64,000 nucleotides of DNA from Lama glama (GCA_028534125.1 CM052832.1:8000001-8064000); one strand, 5' to 3'. Positions 1 through 25,235 are shown, numbered from the stretch's first letter. Notes: generated by a model not told the origin, from the letters alone. Numbers and translations: made by a program.

Positions 1-400
1 TTTTTTTAAATTGAAGTATAGTTGATTTACAATGTTGTGTTAGTTTCTGGTACACAGCAAAAAAATGATCCAGTTATATACATATATTCTTTTTCAGATT
101 ATTTTCCATTATAGTTTACTACAAGATATTGTAGTTGAATGGAGTTCCCCATGCTATACAGCAGGACCTTGTTGTTTACCTATTTTATAAATAGCTTTTA
201 TCTGCTAATCTCAAACACCTAATTTATTCCTACTGCCCTCTTTCCCCTTTGATAGCCAAGTTTGTTTTCTGAGTTTATTTCTGTTTTGTAAATAAGCTCA
301 TTTGTATATTTTAGATTCCACATAAAAGTGACATCGTATGATATCTGTCTTTCTCCGTCTGACTGACTTCGCTTAGTATGATTATCTCTAGGTCCATCCT
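1..400 (-). mobile_element. L1 3' end (antisense), 5'-truncated
   Basis: Poly-T start and typical laurasiatherian L1 3'UTR text (TTGAAGTATAGTTGATTTACAATGTTGTGTTAGTTTCTGG...); similar to the copies at 29.9 kb and 50.4 kb. Confidence 0.85.
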
Positions 401-470
401 TGGTTGGCTTTTCTATATCTGTGTTTTATTATCTGATTTAGGGGAAATTTTTTTCTAAAAAATCTCTAAT

Positions 471-600
471 ACAGGGGTTGGCAAATTTTTTTCCAAGTGG
501 CCAGACAGTATTTTTCATTTTACAGGCCAAGAGGCAAAATCCAGGATATTATGTAGGTACCTACATAACCATTTAAAATATAACCATTTAAAAATGCATA
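471..600. mobile_element. hAT-Charlie (MER58-like) DNA transposon fragment
   Basis: CAGGGGTTGGCAAA terminal sequence followed by GGCCAGA..AGTA. Confidence 0.5.
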
Positions 601-671
601 AGGACAAACCGGAGCATTGCGACCCTCGAAGGTCCCTAATCCTTGAATTTCCCATCCCAGGAGGCTCCCAC

Positions 672-850
672 CTTCCCAGCCCCGCCATCTACGCCCCCAG
701 CCCTTCTGGTTGCGGAGAGCGCCCCGCGCTGCGCTTCTCCCCCGCCGCTGGTCCGCACTGCCTCCGCGTCTCTTAGCAACTGGAAGACGCAATCTCCACC
801 CTCACTTGGACTCCAAGTGGAGCGGGTGTAAGCGGGTACGCATGCGCAAA
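672..850 (-). promoter_or_regulatory. Small CpG-rich promoter and possible non-coding first exon divergent from AARS2 (SPATS1 is the syntenic candidate)
   Basis: CpG-dense patch, RFX X-box-like GTTGCTAAGAGAC (780-768), NRF1-like TACGCATGCGCA (837-848), minus-strand donor AAG|GTGGGA at 672/671. Confidence 0.5.
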
Positions 851-999
851 AGGAGCTCCGGGCTCCACCCATCCTCTCCAGGAGAAAGGGGAGATCCCAG
901 GGGCACCCAAGACCTAGGGCTGGTGCCAAGCGAAAGTCTGTGTCCTGGACTCTTCACTCTAGTCCTGTACCACACCCTTGTCACTCAAGGTATGGTCTA

Positions 1000-1150
1000 T
1001 AGTAGATGAGGGACAGCAACACCAGCTCCTAGGAGCCTGCTAGACACACACAATTGCAACCTCACTCCAGACATACCAAATCTGTGTCTACATTTTTAAC
1101 AAGATCCCGGCAGGAACCTAGGCGTACTAACGTTTGACAAACGTTGCTTC
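1000..1150. mobile_element. MER5A-like hAT fragment
   Basis: CACTCCAGAC...CATTTTTAACAAGATCCC...GTTTGA pattern. Confidence 0.45.
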
Positions 1151-1929
1151 ACAATCCAGATAAGGCAAAGCCATAAATAAATACATCAAAATAGGAACAC
1201 CTCTTATAGGTTGAATTTTTAACTCAGACACTAAAAAACAGCCTTTATGATTTACAAGAGGAAGTTCCCAAAGCTGAGTTCCTTATGATTAGTAAGGGTG
1301 AAAATCCCCTCGTGTCTCCTCTGACCATCAGTCCAGGACGGAATGCATCACTGACCTCGAGTTCCTGCTCTCAAAGTCAATGGGGAAATCAGGAAGGACA
1401 ATTTCCATTCCCAGAGTAAGCGTGTTACTTCTTATGAATAAGGTGGAAAGAGAGGGCTCAAAGAATGGGTGGGTGCCTTGGACTTGCCAAGATAAGTCAG
1501 ACAGCAGCCTAAGGGCCAACCCGAGTCCCTGGGAAGGCAGTACCCAAGCTGAACAGCTCCCAGGAAGCAAGACCCCATTTGCATTTTAAACCCCCAAATG
1601 AAATTCCTATGGATACTAAGACAGTGCATGAGAACTCCTGAGAGAAGTTCCCAAGTCAGTAACTTCCTAGTCTGGTGACTTTTCTCCATATTCATCTATC
1701 TTCGGAAACTGCAGCCCTTCAATTTAACTTCCTTATCAGATGACAGTGACAAGTCAGAATAAGCACATCCAAATCCTAGAAGAACCACTTTGCTTCACTG
1801 GGAAATACTAAAAAGAAGAAACTTACTTACCAGAGGATACCACGTTCAAAGAAAAAAAAAAAGATCATTTTTAGTGGCAAGGACAAGGTGATAAGATGAG
1901 GGAAAACAACTCAAAATATGCATTTCTAA

Positions 1930-2280
1930 AAATCCATGATACATTCTACAACATGGATAAGGCTTGAAAACATTATGCTAAGTGAAAAAAGGACCATACA
2001 GTGTATGAATCCATTTATAGCAAATGTTCAGAATAGGCAAATCTTTAGAGACAAAAAGATTAGTGATTGCCTAGGGCTGGGAGGGATGTGGGAATTGGGG
2101 TTTAATGGCTAAAGTGTATGGGGTTTCTTTTGGAGGTAATGAAAATGATCTAAATGTTCTAAATGTTGGACAGATGACAATTCTGTGAATGTACTAAAAG
2201 CCATTTGAATTGTACACTTTAACTGAATGAATTGTGTGGTATGTGAATTATATTTCAACAAAGCTGTTTGGGAAAAAAAG
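1930..2280 (+). mobile_element. Old L1 (L1MB-like) 3' end
   Basis: TACAACATGGAT..CTTGAAAACATTATGCTAAGTGAAA...ATGTGAATTATATTTCAACAAAGCTGTT plus an A-run. Confidence 0.75.
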
Positions 2281-3796
2281 TTCATGGCTCCACACTAGAT
2301 CCACAATAATCTAAAAACATGTTGTTCCTACTATAATGCAAAGACTTTCTAGGCAAAATCGGAAGAAAAAAAAAAGTTGACGTCAGTAGTGGGTAGAGGC
2401 CCCAGTTAGATTTCTCTAGCAAAACACTCTCATCTCAGTTTGGGGAAGAATTTCACAGTCTTGTCTCAAGATCATGAATCTCACAGAAATCCCCATCTGG
2501 CTTTAGGTTCCTGTTCCAAAAACATTGGAAAAACCAACACAGGCAAAACACTTTCGAAACAACACCTTTAATCTATGTGGGCAAGGGAAGAAATAGAGAA
2601 TCACGAGATAGATGCTGTGGGCTCTGTCAGAATACAAAGTTGAGAATTCACTATCACTATAGAAACTCAAGTCCAAAAAAAGACCTCACATTTTCCAGGG
2701 AAACTGTCTCAAAAGTCCCTAAATAACAGAACTCACGAAGAATGGTGGCCAAACGAACCCACCTGGATGGCTGAGGCCTTGGAGGTGACCACACTGACCT
2801 CAGCTCTGCTGCAACCTATCGGGCTTAAATCTTAGCAAATTCTCTTCTCTTCTTGTTTAATTTCCCTAACCAAGAGCAGAGGTTATCATAAGAAGCTCCA
2901 TAAAGACCCTGACTCCACTCACAAGGGCCTGTGTTGGTCTCATGATCACAGCTGTCACCTTGGAGAGAAAGACAGAAGGAGAGGTGAACAGGTTCTTTCT
3001 TACCTTAGAGCAAAACACACAAAACCCTAAAGCACTGGAAGGCTTAGAGAGAGAGAGAAATCTCTGCAGCTATCAGCCAACAGCTTCATCCTGCCCTGAC
3101 AACCTGGATTCTCTCTAATCCCTAGGCAAATTAAAAGACCAAATGTTATTAAGCAATTAATAATGGAACAGATGCTGCTTGGCTCCTGTGTCTCCGCTAA
3201 ACTCCTGCTCCAAAGGGCCTGCTTCAGTCCCTAAGAACAAAATGGCCATTTCTAATGCCAAGGGCAAAGAGAACTGAGGAGCAACTGACACGTAGTGGGT
3301 ATTCAATAAATGTTTGCCGAATGACTCTTGAATGAATGCTGACATCACCTCCCTAGGCCATCTCTGCCTTCTTCTGTCAACGGGGAAACATATACACGCA
3401 TACACCACACGGAGCTGAACCCACGCCTGTTCACTGCAACTCCATTTGTAACTTTGCAAAATCAATAAACATAAGAATTACTGCTCCAATATAGATTTCT
3501 GGAGGGCATAGGTTTTTGTTAACTTTGTTACTAATGTACCTTAAGCTCCTAAAGCAATGCCTGGGACACAGTGGGCTCTCAGTGAATATCTGTTGACTGC
3601 CAAATGAGTTAAGGACCTACCATGTGCCAGGAGGCTTGTGCTAGGTCGACTCCTTCCTAGTCACTTCTGAAAGGAGACAGAGGCTGCTTTGAGTCCTCCT
3701 CGCCAGGGGCCGCTGTAGGAAACATGTCTCCTTCTCACGTCACCTTCTATCCCCGCGGTGCCCTTTGGCCCCGTGAAGTCACTGCCCCGAGTTAAG

Positions 3797-15530
<11,734 letters not shown>

Positions 15531-15797
15531 GCCAGGCTTACCCAGAGACTCACATAGACTAAAGAGACAACAGATATGCAAGTGTCTAGAGCCTTAAAGG
15601 AGCCAGCAGAACCTCCCTGGAGGCTGAGGCAGAGGACTAGAGACTGGAGGCCAAGCACCTGAGCCAAAGAGAGCCTCCCTGGGCTGAGCCCTGCACAGAC
15701 ACAAGAAGATGTGGGCTGAGGAAAGCAGAAGCAGGTACAGAGACACACCCCCTCTATAAGAATGTGAAGACCTGGGCCACCCTGGGCGTGATTGTTC

Positions 15798-15803
15798 ATT
15801 AAA
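15798..15803 (+). terminator. Probable AARS2 polyadenylation signal (ATTAAA)
   Basis: ATTAAA about 270 nt after the stop codon. Confidence 0.55.
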
Positions 15804-17559
15804 AAGTATTTCACAGAGGATAAGAAGCTCCGGAGCAGCCTTTCCCCTTCCAGCAACCTGCTGTGGGTGCCCCCATCACCAGTCTGACTTCTCATACTGA
15901 GCTGAAAAGCTCCCTGGCATCCAGATCAGAACTGTCATCACCACAAGTGCTCAGACAGGCCCTCTCAGCCAGCCTATTCTGGGCACCCATGAAGGCCTCC
16001 TTGACCACCAAGATTCAGAACTGTCATCTGAAAGTCATGACAGCCAGGCAGATCCTCTCTGGTGTCACTTATTTCATTAACAGTGACTTCTTGTTTTAAT
16101 GAAGGCCCTAGTGATTTGTTGATAAAATGAGCCCAAGTACTGGTCAGTTGCTGAGAATGTGGCAAGAACCAAGCAAAACTTCCTGCCCTTGTGGCGCTCC
16201 CTTTAGTGGTGAGACAGCAGTAAAAAGAAAGAAGAGGGTGTCAGACGGGGATGAGGTCTGTGGAGACAGCAGAAATGGGGATTGGGAGGGTAGAGGTGGC
16301 ATCAGAGAGGAGGGTGTGAGCCATGTGGACATCTGAGGAAAGAGCCAGTGCAGAGGCCCTGAGGCAGAAGTGAGCAGGCAGGTCTCAGGGTCAGAAGGGA
16401 GTGAGCTGCCTCAAGCTTTGCACAGCACCTGCCCCAAGCCTGAGCTGAGTCTGAAGCTGAAGTCAGCAGCTCAGAGCAGGAGAAATCCTAGGGGTGGAGG
16501 GCAGCCCTCCTTCCCTACCAAAATGAATCCACCTGGGACCAAGCCAGATGCTCGAGCTCCACCTCTGTCCCTAAATCTCCATTACTAGATAAAGGAAGGG
16601 ACCTCAGGGGGCCCATCTCTTAAGTCAGAGCCTCCCTGGCTATGAGGTTCCAGGGTCATTTAGTTAAAATTATTAGAGCAGAGCAGGTCCCCCTGGCATC
16701 ATTTCCTGGGTGATTTCTCATTCTAATTGAGGCATAGGTGATTTGTTGGTAAATCACTGATGAAGGCTTGCAAGGGACACAAATTACTAGCCTCTGGTTG
16801 CCTGCAGCCTTGAGTTGCAGAGCTTTACCTCAAGATCTTGGCAAATGCAGCAGCGGCCACTGTTAAGTGGTGCTCACTGAGGGCCCCACTCTTTACTGTG
16901 GACACCAAGGTGAAGAGTTGGGGTACCCCTGTTTTGATGAGAACCAAGATTCTAGGTTGTTAACTTATCAGCTCTGCCTCCATGTTAAACTTCCCACCCA
17001 CCTAGGTTGCCTTTTCCCTCCTGAGGGACAATCTCCTTTTCTTACTAGTCAACCCCCACGAGGTTGGTCAGTTCTGCCCACATGGCATCAGGCTTAGGGC
17101 TGCGTGAGGGAGCATTGTGGAGGCAGGCCTGTGACCTTCCTGCCTGGTGCCACTCCTCAGCCTTGTTGACACCCTGGAGAAAAGCGGAAGGTGACTGCAG
17201 GGATGCTGCAGCCCACGGCTGCCCCGCAGGGCCTGAGAGCAACCAGGGGCCTCAGGAGAGTTCAGGAACTCTGCAGGTGCCCTTCTGCCCTCCTCATCTT
17301 CCAGAAGACTGGCCGCTGATGCTTTTCGTGGGCCGTCTTTCCACTCATCACCCCCACCCCAACTTCCACACAAAAGTTTCCTAGAGGGAAGAGCACTGTT
17401 GCCATCCAGAAGCCCTGTCCTACACTCCAAACCTCCCCTCACAAAAGCCCACCCGTTCCTAAACAAGTCCCCCAGACGCACAAAGCATGCCCCACGGCCA
17501 GAGTTCCCACTGCCTGCTCAACGGCCCCACACAGCGCTTCAGACAGACGCTTCCTTTTG

Positions 17560-17920
17560 GCGACCCCGTGCCAAAGCGCGCAGTGATAACCACCCAAGGA
17601 CCAGCAGCCCCGCCCCTGCACCACGCACCGCGGAGACCGGCCTTCACGGGGCGCACGCGCACACGGGCGCACCACCCTTGGACCCGCCCCCTAGAGACGC
17701 CGGGCTTCCCTAACGACCCGGCGGCAGCGGCGCGGGGACCAGCGGAAAGGCGAGCGCCACGACCCCGGGAGCGGTGAGGCGACCTCCGGGAGAGAAGACA
17801 CCCGACCCCGCTCTCCTCTAGTGGGCTGAGCTCTCCCGGCCCCTACTTCTGCCCATGGGGCCCGGAAACCCCTCCAGCGCCCTCAGTCCACCTGGCCCGA
17901 AGCCCTCAGGCAGCCGCAGC
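17560..17920 (+). promoter_or_regulatory. TCTE1 CpG promoter and probable non-coding exon 1 (donor GCG|GTGAGG at 17773/17774)
   Basis: CpG-rich patch with GC box CCCGCCCC, NRF1-like GCGCACGCGCAC and a plus-strand donor. It is the only CpG island between the AARS2 3' end and the TCTE1 ATG exon. Confidence 0.65.
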
Positions 17921-20729
17921 CTAGAGGCTGTAAACTGGCCTAGAGGCTTAGGGTCTTCAAGTCAGGGAAGTGGGGACTGTGAGATAGAGGAGGGGGGAAG
18001 TGGAGCAAGGGTAGGTCGTGGGGGAAAGCAGTTCCAAGTCTCGGGGACTCAGTCTTCCTAGAAAGACTGACCTCCATTCCCAGCTCCTTTCCTGTTGCAA
18101 CCCCTCCTGCAGGTCCAGACACTTCCACACCTCCCTTCCTCCCACAGCAAAGCTGGTTTCCCTTGGTTACCAAGAAGAAGCCAGGACCTCTTCACCCCAT
18201 GCATGTTGCGGGGAGAGACTTGCTGGCCTTGGAAGCTGAGCTTCTTTGCTGGGGTCTCTGAGCCAAAGGTAGGGATGAGGGTGGGGAGCAACTCTGCTGG
18301 CGTCCTTTTTAAGACAACAGACCTAAGTGGGCAGTTGGAAGGAGAGCCAGACCTAGGGGTGTGATAAGTGGGCAGACTGTTTCAAGAGCCAGAGACCAAG
18401 GATGCTTGGTCAGAGATCTGTCAGAGAAATCCCTTTTTTGCCCTCTCTTTTGTGATTCCACAAACTGGGAATTCCCAAACAGGAATGTGACAGAGACTTG
18501 GCCTAGGAAGGGCGTAACATAGTAGGCATGAAACGGGTCAGGGGAAATGTAGACAAAATCCCAGGGCCCTGAGGAGAAGCTGGCTGAGAAAGTCAGAGAG
18601 GGAGGGGGCATCCAAGCCCAGCCAGCCGAGGAGGGGTGTCCAGGGCCACAGAGGTGCTCATATGCCAAAGGAGGGCCAGGTGCTTCTGCCTGGGGAAGGG
18701 AGGTGAGGACAAGTGATGAGGAAGGGGAGAGGACTCCCCCTCCCCTAGCATCTTCAAATTTCTCATTTGAGAAGGTGAGAGGAGCCTCTGTTCAAAGCAA
18801 TTTGGTTTAAGTAAAGACTTGAGAAGGACAGAGAAGGTCTGAGACCTCGTCTGAGAGGAGGGAATATGCCAGAGAGTCAAGTGTTGAATCCTAGGTCTGG
18901 AAGGAGCATGGAGGGCCCATCGTGAGCCATGGGGCAGGAGAGTACAGTTCTGCAGTATCTCTTGGGTCCCCATGGGACCTCAAAAACTGAAGGGTACAAG
19001 TGATTACTGAGGTCTGTGGAAGCACCTGTGGGCAAGGGAGCCTGGGTTGTGTAGGTCAGCACCAAGGAGGGTAACCCCGAGCTCCATGCTGGAAAGAGTG
19101 GGAGGCCCATTGGAAAAGTGCTGTGATGTGAACACCTAAGCCTTTGAGTGATGGCCTGAATGTGATTTCAGGACCCTGGACCCTGGTCCTGAGGACACAG
19201 AGTGGGGACTTGAGGAGAGGAAGACTGGCCTTTCCCCAGGGATTGTGGTCCTGGGTTTGGTTAGGTTGATGCTGAAGGCTCCACAAGCCTGTGAGACAGG
19301 CATCAGGAGATGAAAGGTCACTGGGTGTATCCCCACTTTCCCCATCTTAGTGTAGCATGTGCTCTTAAAGGGGGACACATGTGATGGCACAAGAGGCACT
19401 CACTCTCAGTGGTGGTGGTGGTGGCTCTGACCTCTCTGGAAAGTCAGAGAGGATTCCTGCCCCTCTGGAGAAGGATGCAGTCTTGAACATGCTTCCAGTC
19501 TTCTAACTCTGGGATTCTCCCAGAGGCTCCCCAAGGACAGAAGTCTCCAGAAAGGAAGGTGACCACTCTGCCACTTCTGGGGCTGCCCTCTACGGGCCCT
19601 TGGGGGCTGTCTGGGGGCCGCTGGCTAATGCCTGTCTTGCCTTCCACAGGCTTCCAGGGAAGACAGTGCCACTTAGTACCACTGCCAGCTGCAGACTGGC
19701 GATGCCTAAGCCAGACTAAGGCTGCCCTGTGAAGTCGGTGGAGTTACCTCAGTTCTTCTGTGGGTCCTCCCTACCCTCCCCCGACTCAGTGGTACATTCT
19801 CCTTGCCCTCTTCCCAAGTTTGCTTTTTGGACCTGAACCTCATTTACAATGAGGTGTGGGTGACAGATGAGAGGGAAGAGATATATATCCCCTGTCTGAC
19901 TTAAGCTGTCAGATAGAATGTGACTAGTACATTTTTTAAAATTTTGCTCCATTAATATCATTATATATTTTATAATGTATTATGCTTTTGTTTGACCTAA
20001 AATGATCAGATGAAGTTTTAAAATGGCAGTTCAAGGTTAACATAGGGATATATAAACATGCATGTATGGACTATTAAGATTTCATGTCATTAGGGAGGAA
20101 ACACATTTTAACATAACAAGGATGAAAGCCTTATGTTAGGGGCCTGAAATTCCCAGAGTAGGGTGTCAAGGATCGGTTACTCTCTCAACCTAGGGAGACC
20201 CTCCCTGACAGATCTGCTCTGCATGAAGGTAGGACCCCTGCTTCCCAGGGAGCAAGAATATGCTTTCTTCTTTCCTAGCAGAGCGTGGGAAAATGACCGT
20301 GGGAGAGCAGGGCACTGTGGTCAGAGGTAGCAGAGCCCCAGCACCAGCACCAGCCCTCCTAGATATCGGGGGGCCAGTCGTTTCCCAGTCAGGTCTTCAG
20401 TTTCTTCATCCATAGAATGGGGGTAAGAAGCCTGCCCTGCCCCCAGTGTGGTGTGGTTGTCAGCCTCTCTGACAGAGGTCTTCTGAAAGAAGCTTGGAGC
20501 TGTTAAGTGCTGAGTAGATATGTTGCTGATACTGACCAGTGGCTGGAGAGGTGGGAGGTGAGACCAGAGGCTCGGGCTGTTGGGAGAGGAACAGGCCACA
20601 GGAGGTAGACATCAGGCCAGGTGTGTACTCGGCAGGTGGGCCTCTGGCCTTTCTTGGCTATCTCATTGAACTAACTCATCTGCTGATTTAGGATTTTTTC
20701 TCATAATTTCACTCAACAAATGGTGAGCC

Positions 20730-21140
20730 TATCCAAATGGACAGGACCCTTTGGTCACAACTCTTAGCTTCAGCAAAAGAGACTTGTGATAGGGCTGTCG
20801 AGTTAGGTCTCAGAACTGAAGGAAGACCTCAGAGGGCCCTTGGGCATAAGGACTGGGGACTGAAGGTACCTGGTGCTCTCTGTCCACCTCCCATTTCTGC
20901 TGCTCTCCTCCAGGCAGCATTTCCTCCTGCTGCAGGCAGGCCTTTTCTGGGTGAAGGGAAACAGCTTCCAGCAGCACAGGATCCGAACTATATCAAGGAC
21001 ATATGTCCTTTTGTCTACCTCCATTTGGACAAATCCCCAGGAGGACTCTGATTGGCTTACATCAGGTGGCCACCCCTGAACCAATCACTCTGACCAATAC
21101 ACAGCACTCCTATTGGCCAGAATCTATGATCAGAAGGAGG
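20730..21140. mobile_element. MLT1-like MaLR LTR fragment
   Basis: GACTCTGATTGGCTT...CCCTGAACCAATCACT...CTATTGGCCAG pattern. Confidence 0.5.
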
Positions 21141-23558
21141 TGGGGCAGCCCAAAACGCCAGCTGCCTCCCCAACAGACCTGACACTGGGCTAGGGATTAG
21201 AGATAAAAATGAGTAAGAAACAGTCCCTGCATCTGGAGGAGCCCACAGTCTAGTGCAGGTGTGGGGAGAGGGTGGTCAGATCACTGAAGCAATGCAGTTA
21301 CTGGGGAGGAGGTGACAAAGGGAGGGTAGAGGACAAGAGCAGCTGAAAGACTCCAGAGGGAAAATGGTGCTTGAGCTCAGACTCAAGTGACCAATGATGG
21401 TCCATTTCCCAGGGTGAGACTGTGGGAAAGGCATTCCAGGCAGAGGGAACAGCTTGAGCGAAGGCTGGGCAGCAATGACCAGCCTACAGTGTTCCAGATG
21501 CAAAGAGGAGTTTCTTTCAAACAGAGCATCAGGTCCCGGAGGGCTTGCTACATGGAGTTGAGGAAGCTGGACTGTTCCCAGGGAGCGGTGGGCTGACACG
21601 GAGGCCTGCCACGGTGGCTACTGGGAGGCTAGCTGCTGGATGACACAGCCCGGTGCTGGGCAACTGCAGGAAGGACAGTGCAGGCAGACAATGGGGCCCC
21701 AAGCTAAGGCAGCAGCAAGAAGGAGAGGAGGGTCTGCTGGGGCAGGAAGCAGAACTGAGGGGAAACAACAGGAACCAGATGGGGGGCCCCTGGAGGAGAG
21801 GAGTGTTTCCTCAGCTTCTGGGTTCAGGCATCTGGATAGGTGCTGGTCCCCTTGGCTGAGGTAGGGAGCCAGGAAGAAGGGCAGCTTGAGGGAGGCACTG
21901 AGTTCTCTTGGGGGGCAGACTGAGTCTAAGGGAGCTGGGAGGTAGGCCAGTGGACCCCGAGTCTGGAGGTCAGAGAAGGAAGAGCTACAGCCCACCAACC
22001 AGAAGGAGTGAGGCTGGGCAGTGGAGGCTAAACCCTGAGGGGTGGGCAGAGTTAGAGGAGCCTGCGATGGAGACTTCTGGACAATGATCCAGAGGCAGGA
22101 GGAGAGCCAAGAGAGTGGTTGAGAAGGGCAGGGGTCAGGCATTCAGCTTGGCATCATCTTTATAACATTAATAACTGGGAGGTGTGGAGTTTGTCTTGCT
22201 CACTACCCTTTGAAACGTACTTTGTTTTATATGTGATTTTTAAAAAATATTAAAAAAAATTTGTAACTAAAATCCTTCTTAGAAGAATCCTCTGATAATT
22301 TGCTTGCCAAAAATATCTTTGTAATGTTGATTTTTTTTAAATCAAGAGGTGATTAGTGAAAACTGTCAATTCTGACCTTATTATGAGGTTAATGTTGTCA
22401 ATATTTGCCTTAAAAATGACATCAGAGGGTCTCTGTAAATGCTGCAGGATGGCAGGGGCTCTTTTTATACCAGCCAAGCACGTAGAGCACATGGAGGGCC
22501 TCTCTTCTCTTTCCTTCTGAGGAGGCAGCTGCAGGCTCCAAGCAGCAGCAAGAGCGGTTAGGACCAGACATCAGAAAGAACCCCAGGTGCCGGGTCCTAA
22601 GACTGTGAGGCATTAGGCAGTGAGATCAGGGCCACCTCGCCAGGCCCCAGGTGGGGTTTCCCAACCATGCGTCCTCCTGGGAGGAAGAAGGAACCTTGGA
22701 CCAGGATGGTGAGCCTGGGCAGCATTGTGAGAAATGCCTGGAGTGCCAGCCCCAGGGCAACACCCACCTGTAACTGGAGGGGTTGGGGTGGGGGGCGCCC
22801 CTGGCTGTGGAGCTGGGTCCTACTCCCTTGGGCATGGCCTGCAGGGTGTCCTGGGATGCATCTGGGATGAGGGGGACCAAGGAGAACACCGGATGCATTA
22901 GGCCAGAACTTTGGAGGGAGCCCCAGGCATCCAGATACAGAACCAGCAGGAGCAGGGTTGGTCTGTTACCCCTTTCCTCCTCCTCTTGCCCAGTCTGCCA
23001 AGGCTCCTCAATGCCGAGATATCAGTATCCTTCTATCCTGATCTGCCTTGAACTGCCGCCTTGCTCTTCCCATGTACTCTGGAGACAGGGAACAATCTCA
23101 CTTAAAAACACTGTCTCAGGTCAGCACTCAAGAAGCAGGTCTCCAGAGCTTTCTCTCCACAGCCCAAGACCCCTGTCCCTCAGAGTCCCTTCATCCTCCA
23201 CACACCCTCTCTTAATGTCAGTCAGATATTATCAATATGATTCAAATATTATCTCAGGGGAATCTCCACAACAGCCTTTATTATTATCCCCTTTTATAAA
23301 TAAGGAAACTGGCACTCAGATAGGCTGTCACTTGGCCAAGGTCACACAGCAAGTCACTGGTAAAGCCAGTAATGCAAAGTCATCTGGTACCTCCAAGCAG
23401 CAACCCCTCCCAGCCACAGCCTCCAAGGGGCCATTAGTCAAAAAATACCAGCTGATTATTCCACAACTCTGGACACAATCTGTCAATTTGCATTTGATTT
23501 GCGTAAGTATGTCACAAATGCATAGATACCTCCCCAACACTGCTTCCTCCTGCCCCTT

Positions 23559-23559
<1 letters not shown>

Positions 23560-23640
<81 letters not shown>
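23560..23640. repeat. Compound (CT)n(CA)n microsatellite in TCTE1 intron 1
   Basis: Directly visible. Confidence 0.95.
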
Positions 23641-23643
<3 letters not shown>

Positions 23644-24139
23644 GCCAGGCTCTTCCTCCTTGAGATGCCTAGGGGACTGGGGAGCACCATCTGGTCCCCT
23701 CCGTCTGCCAAGGACACCTTTGCTTTTTCAAAGTGTCCCTTCCCATGGGCCACTACACAGTGCATCGAGTCAGGGAGCAAACCTGGAGTTGGAGCTGTAT
23801 GCCAAGCAGCCCCTGTTCCACCTGCAGTCTCAGGACAGGGGCACATCCAGCAAGGATGCAGGAATGGACAAACAGGGGAGTGGAGGCAGCCCTGGATACA
23901 TTCTTTGTCTTCTGTCTTCAGCCCCAGATTTAGCTGCTTTTTCACCTCCCACGCCTTCCTGCTGCAGTCTGGAATGCCCAGAGGCTGGGAAAACTAGGAA
24001 GACTGGGATGGAGAGATTGAAGGGAGGGGCCGAGCTAGCATCCTCTACAGGGACTGGGTCCAGTTCCCCCTCTCCTTCCTCTCTCACCTGCACCACCCAA
24101 AACAGTAGACTCTACCCATCAGATTTTGAAGGCTTAGTG

Positions 24140-24335
24140 TAAATATTTGTGTATATAATGTGTCATTAATAATTTTAATATTAATTACATATTTAAATGA
24201 TATTTTGGACATTGAGTTAAACATAAAATTAATTTCACCTGTTTTCTCTTTTTTAATGTGGGTATGAGAAATTTTTAAATAGTATATATGGCTTGCATTT
24301 TGCCAGGCATTATACTTCTGTTGGCCAGTGCTGTT
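24140..24335. mobile_element. MER3/MER33-like hAT fragment
   Basis: AAAATTAATTTCACCTGTTT...TTTTTAATGTGG...TTCTGTTGGCCAGTGCTG end. Confidence 0.55.
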
Positions 24336-24562
24336 CTTGACCCCATCTTCCTAGTCAAGCAGTTGCTGTTCTGTAAAACACTTAGTGCAGGGAGCTGTGT
24401 TGAACTAAATGATTCTTTATCATCCCTTAGTCTTTTAGCCAAACTTGATAAACTGAGTTTAAATCCATCTTTGTTATTTATAAGCTGTGTGACATTGGGC
24501 AAGTCAGTTAACCTCTCTGTGCTTCAGTTTCACATCAGAAAAATGGAAATAGTATGAGTAAC

Positions 24563-24708
24563 TTTTTTGTGTAATTTTTTTGGTTGGGGGAGGTAATTAG
24601 GTTTGTTTCTTTTAATTTTATTTATTTTTTAATGGAGGTCCTGGGGATTGAACCCAGGACCTCTTGTATGCTAAGCGTGCACTCTACCACTGAGCTATAC
24701 CCTCCCTT
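24563..24708 (-). mobile_element. tRNA-derived SINE of camelid (Vic-1-like) type, inserted in a MIR
   Basis: Reverse-complement A/B boxes (GGGATTGAACCCAGGACCTC...CTCTACCACTGAGCTATACCC), GGGGAGGTAATTAGGTTT signature and T-rich tail; MIR sequence on both sides (~24450-24830). Confidence 0.8.
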
Positions 24709-25235
24709 CTATAAGTACCTATCTTAAAAAAGCTTTTGTGAGGATCAAATGAGCTGATATGCATAAAAAAACTAAAAAAAGTGTCCAGCATACAGCAATT
24801 TCTTGTAATTGCTGTGAGGCTATTATTATTCCAAAATGTGGAGCTGCTGCTGGCTACAGTTTCATGTATCACAGTATATTATGCCTCTTTGGATGCATTA
24901 TTTTATTTACTCCTCCCAAGCCTCTTATTGGTGACTGTTATCCTTATTTCACAGAGGAGGCATCTGAAACTGAGAAAATTTTAGTAACTGGCCCAGGGCC
25001 ACCCAGCTAGTGGGATTTGCACCTGAATCTGCTCTAATCCAGAAACTGACCCTTAAGAACCACCCTGTGCTACATGTCTTGGTAAAGGCTCACCGAGACC
25101 CTCCAAAGTAACAACTCTACCCACCTCCTCCTCCTCCAGGTTTCTACTGGCATCCAGGACCCTCCTATCTGAAAAAGTCCGTGTCACAAGGCCATTGCCA
25201 AGGGGCCACCTGTCTCTGTGTTGCCAGGCCTCAGC

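Noticed and set aside
16190..16210. Weak CTCF-like sequences (also ~17810)
   Set aside because: They mismatch the core GGGGGC and could arise by chance.
22783..23997. 404-aa plus-strand ORF and 205-aa antisense ORF in TCTE1 intron 1
   Set aside because: They run through a MIR-like segment and the (CT)n(CA)n repeat (SLSLSL/THTHTH), start without ATG and show no domain; chance open frames.
24640..24708. tRNA-like A/B boxes
   Set aside because: Head of a SINE with an AT-rich tail, not a tRNA gene.
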